Source: Patescibacteria group bacterium (GTDB lineage: Bacteria; Patescibacteriota; Microgenomatia; UBA1406). From it: a stretch of 57,286 nucleotides of DNA. Where the stretch lies: contig JBAYJK010000004.1 in NCBI GenBank assembly GCA_041665145.1, positions 132,434 to 189,719 on the forward strand. Direction: 5' to 3'. Under the pieces are notes generated by a model that saw only the letters and a program-made list of their open reading frames with translations, ran no database searches and was not told where the DNA came from. Shown piece after piece: positions 55,725 through 57,286 of the stretch (positions within the stretch are counted from its first letter, which is position 1; every line of letters begins with the position of its first letter). The translations under genes and the position numbers were made by a program.

Positions 55725-56571
55725 GTTTTTTGATATCAAGGCCGAAGTAATGTCTCATAAGAATCCTATTCATAGAAAATCCTATGAAATTGAGGAAGCG
55801 CCTTCCCAACGGAACATGATCTTTGAATTTGAAGTACTCGAAGTCGATAATCTTCAGTCGTCCGTCCGGATCGATGAAAATGTTTGAGACCAGGAACTCA
55901 CTTTTGCGTAAAAGCAATCTGGTGATTTGGCTTTTTATCCAACTGAATAACCCCGACATACCGATAAAATCCAAAGACATATTCTCATGACGATAGAGCC
56001 CGTTATTGCAACGGACGATGTCTGCTAACTGTCTCTGTAATTCAGGCTTTCCTTTTATCGAAATGTTTGACAGCGGTTGTCCCTTTACCAGTTCTTGAAC
56101 CAAGCAGAAAAAACTGTTGTCCAGCGGGTCGGACTTTACTTCGGTTGCTGCGGAATAATCTTTAAAATAGCTGCGCGCAGTTGCAACGTTCTCATGTTCC
56201 TCATCTCTTCCATAAGTCATTGTTGTTACGGAAAGAATTTTTCCCAGCTTTATTACCCGTTCCGGCATTCCCGGTTCCGATAACCGATACACCACATGAT
56301 TTGCCCCGGCCCCTATCGGGACAGGGTTGACGTAATTTACGTTGATACCGCAACGGGTGAGGGCGTCCGTTATTTGATGTGTAAAAACCGCTTTATATGT
56401 AGGCGGGGGCGGTTGTAGGAGAGGCGCGACATCTACTTGTGGATGATCATTGTGAATTGGCGAATGTGTTGGTTCCGGAACCAGGTGATCACCAATAGAG
56501 AGTAAAGAGTAATCTTCAACCCTTGTTTTGCTTTCACCTTGTGGTGCAACTGATTCGGTTTGCGGCTCCAT
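55705..56571 (-). CDS. protein-kinase-like fold protein
   Basis: GAGANHVVY Gly loop, VIK, SNIFID and IIDFE motifs. Confidence 0.65.
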   Translation of the reverse strand: MEPQTESVAPQGESKTRVEDYSLLSIGDHLVPEPTHSPIHNDHPQVDVAPLLQPPPPTYKAVFTHQITDALTRCGINVNYVNPVPIGAGANHVVYRLSEPGMPERVIKLGKILSVTTMTYGRDEEHENVATARSYFKDYSAATEVKSDPLDNSFFCLVQELVKGQPLSNISIKGKPELQRQLADIVRCNNGLYRHENMSLDFIGMSGLFSWIKSQITRLLLRKSEFLVSNIFIDPDGRLKIIDFEYFKFKDHVPLGRRFLNFIGFSMNRILMRHYFGLDIKKPRPSPP

Positions 56572-56603
56572 GCCATTAAGTATAATACGACTCGTGGTTT
56601 ATT

Positions 56604-57286
56604 TTATCTCGTACCTTCTTGAATCTCCGCCTGCGGCATTTTCAATTTGCGGGGTGTAATAATTAGGACAATAATTGAGACGATAAGTACGATTCCTCCA
56701 ACCACAGCAAATGTTTTTTGATTACCTACGATACCCGACAGAGTGCCGGCAACAATCGGACCGATAATATAAGCTAAACTGACTGCCGAACCTTGCAACC
56801 CGATCATGTTTGAACCGGCAGATCCCAAGCGTTCTACATAATCCTCAAATGAAGCGGCAACTTCGGGAAGAGCGATCGCAGAAAACACTGATGAGAAAAA
56901 TATCGCAATAAGAATTAAGTGAACATTGTGCACAAACCCGACGGTTAAAAGTCCTAACCCCATGACGATGCCACACAGGAATGCGATTCTTTTTTTTCCA
57001 AACGGTTTGGCGGCAGGTCCCGCAAATACACTCAGACCGAGGGAAGGGAGCATGTAAACAGGAATGATAAAACGGCCCAGCATACTCGTATCTTTAAGTG
57101 TCTCAGAAAACACTGTTCCGACGCTCCAGAATGTTGCATCAACAAACGAAAGTATGAACAAAAAGATATAGAGCGGATACACCCGCTTGAGCAATGTCCA
57201 CCACACCCCAAGTGTTTGTCTGACAGAAATTTTCTCTTGTTCGACCAGAGCGGTGACACGGGTGTGTTTGTGTATTTTGAGTGAAA
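56604..57286 (-). CDS. MFS transporter (5' part outside the window)
   Basis: C-terminal 6-TM bundle (YIIGPIVAG). The frame stays open to the window end. Confidence 0.85.
   Translation of the reverse strand, partial: SLKIHKHTRVTALVEQEKISVRQTLGVWWTLLKRVYPLYIFLFILSFVDATFWSVGTVFSETLKDTSMLGRFIIPVYMLPSLGLSVFAGPAAKPFGKKRIAFLCGIVMGLGLLTVGFVHNVHLILIAIFFSSVFSAIALPEVAASFEDYVERLGSAGSNMIGLQGSAVSLAYIIGPIVAGTLSGIVGNQKTFAVVGGIVLIVSIIVLIITPRKLKMPQAEIQEGTR

Noticed and set aside
161-57259. Numerous antisense and alternate-frame ORFs in the track (e.g. 14677-15012, 22202-22609, 31026-31577, 43639-44277)
   Set aside because: They lie wholly on top of genes with clear family motifs and show no motifs or start signals of their own.
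1-57286. tRNA, rRNA, transposase, integrase or prophage genes
   Set aside because: No T-loop/cloverleaf, rRNA, DDE or tyrosine-recombinase motifs were recognised by eye. A tRNAscan-SE/Infernal run would confirm.

Overview
A compact, gene-dense chromosomal segment of about 75 CDS that contains the replication origin (dnaA, DnaA-box clusters, dnaN). Gene content points to a Patescibacteria/CPR bacterium, probably Microgenomates (inference): VirB2/TrbC-like pilin arrays, DUF4012/DUF3048/DUF4446/DUF5667-like genes, a short AlaRS and many GT-C glycosyltransferases. TGA is used as a stop, so the code is 11. Housekeeping genes: secDF, rplY, recA, comF, dprA, rny, hup, rpsA, miaA, alaS, uppS, murI, nnrD. 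I found no rRNA, tRNA, CRISPR array, transposase or integrase. Highlights: (1) a protein-only RNase P (HARP) homolog; (2) a 67-aa protein with a very strong SD that resembles the crenarchaeal chromatin protein CC1; (3) pervasive leaderless gene architecture (-10 box 6-8 nt before the start codon), with SD sites largely restricted to nucleic-acid-binding genes; (4) a cNMP-binding Crp/Fnr regulator plus two CRP-like boxes at canonical -41.5 and -61.5 positions; (5) a switch-like structured leader upstream of rny; (6) two micro-ORFs missed by the ORF track (a 40-aa Zn ribbon and a 52-aa signal peptide with an H1-like tail); (7) an uncharacterised CxxC membrane protein paired with a Cys-Cys-tailed partner. 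Family assignments come from motif recognition by eye and memory, not from database searches.
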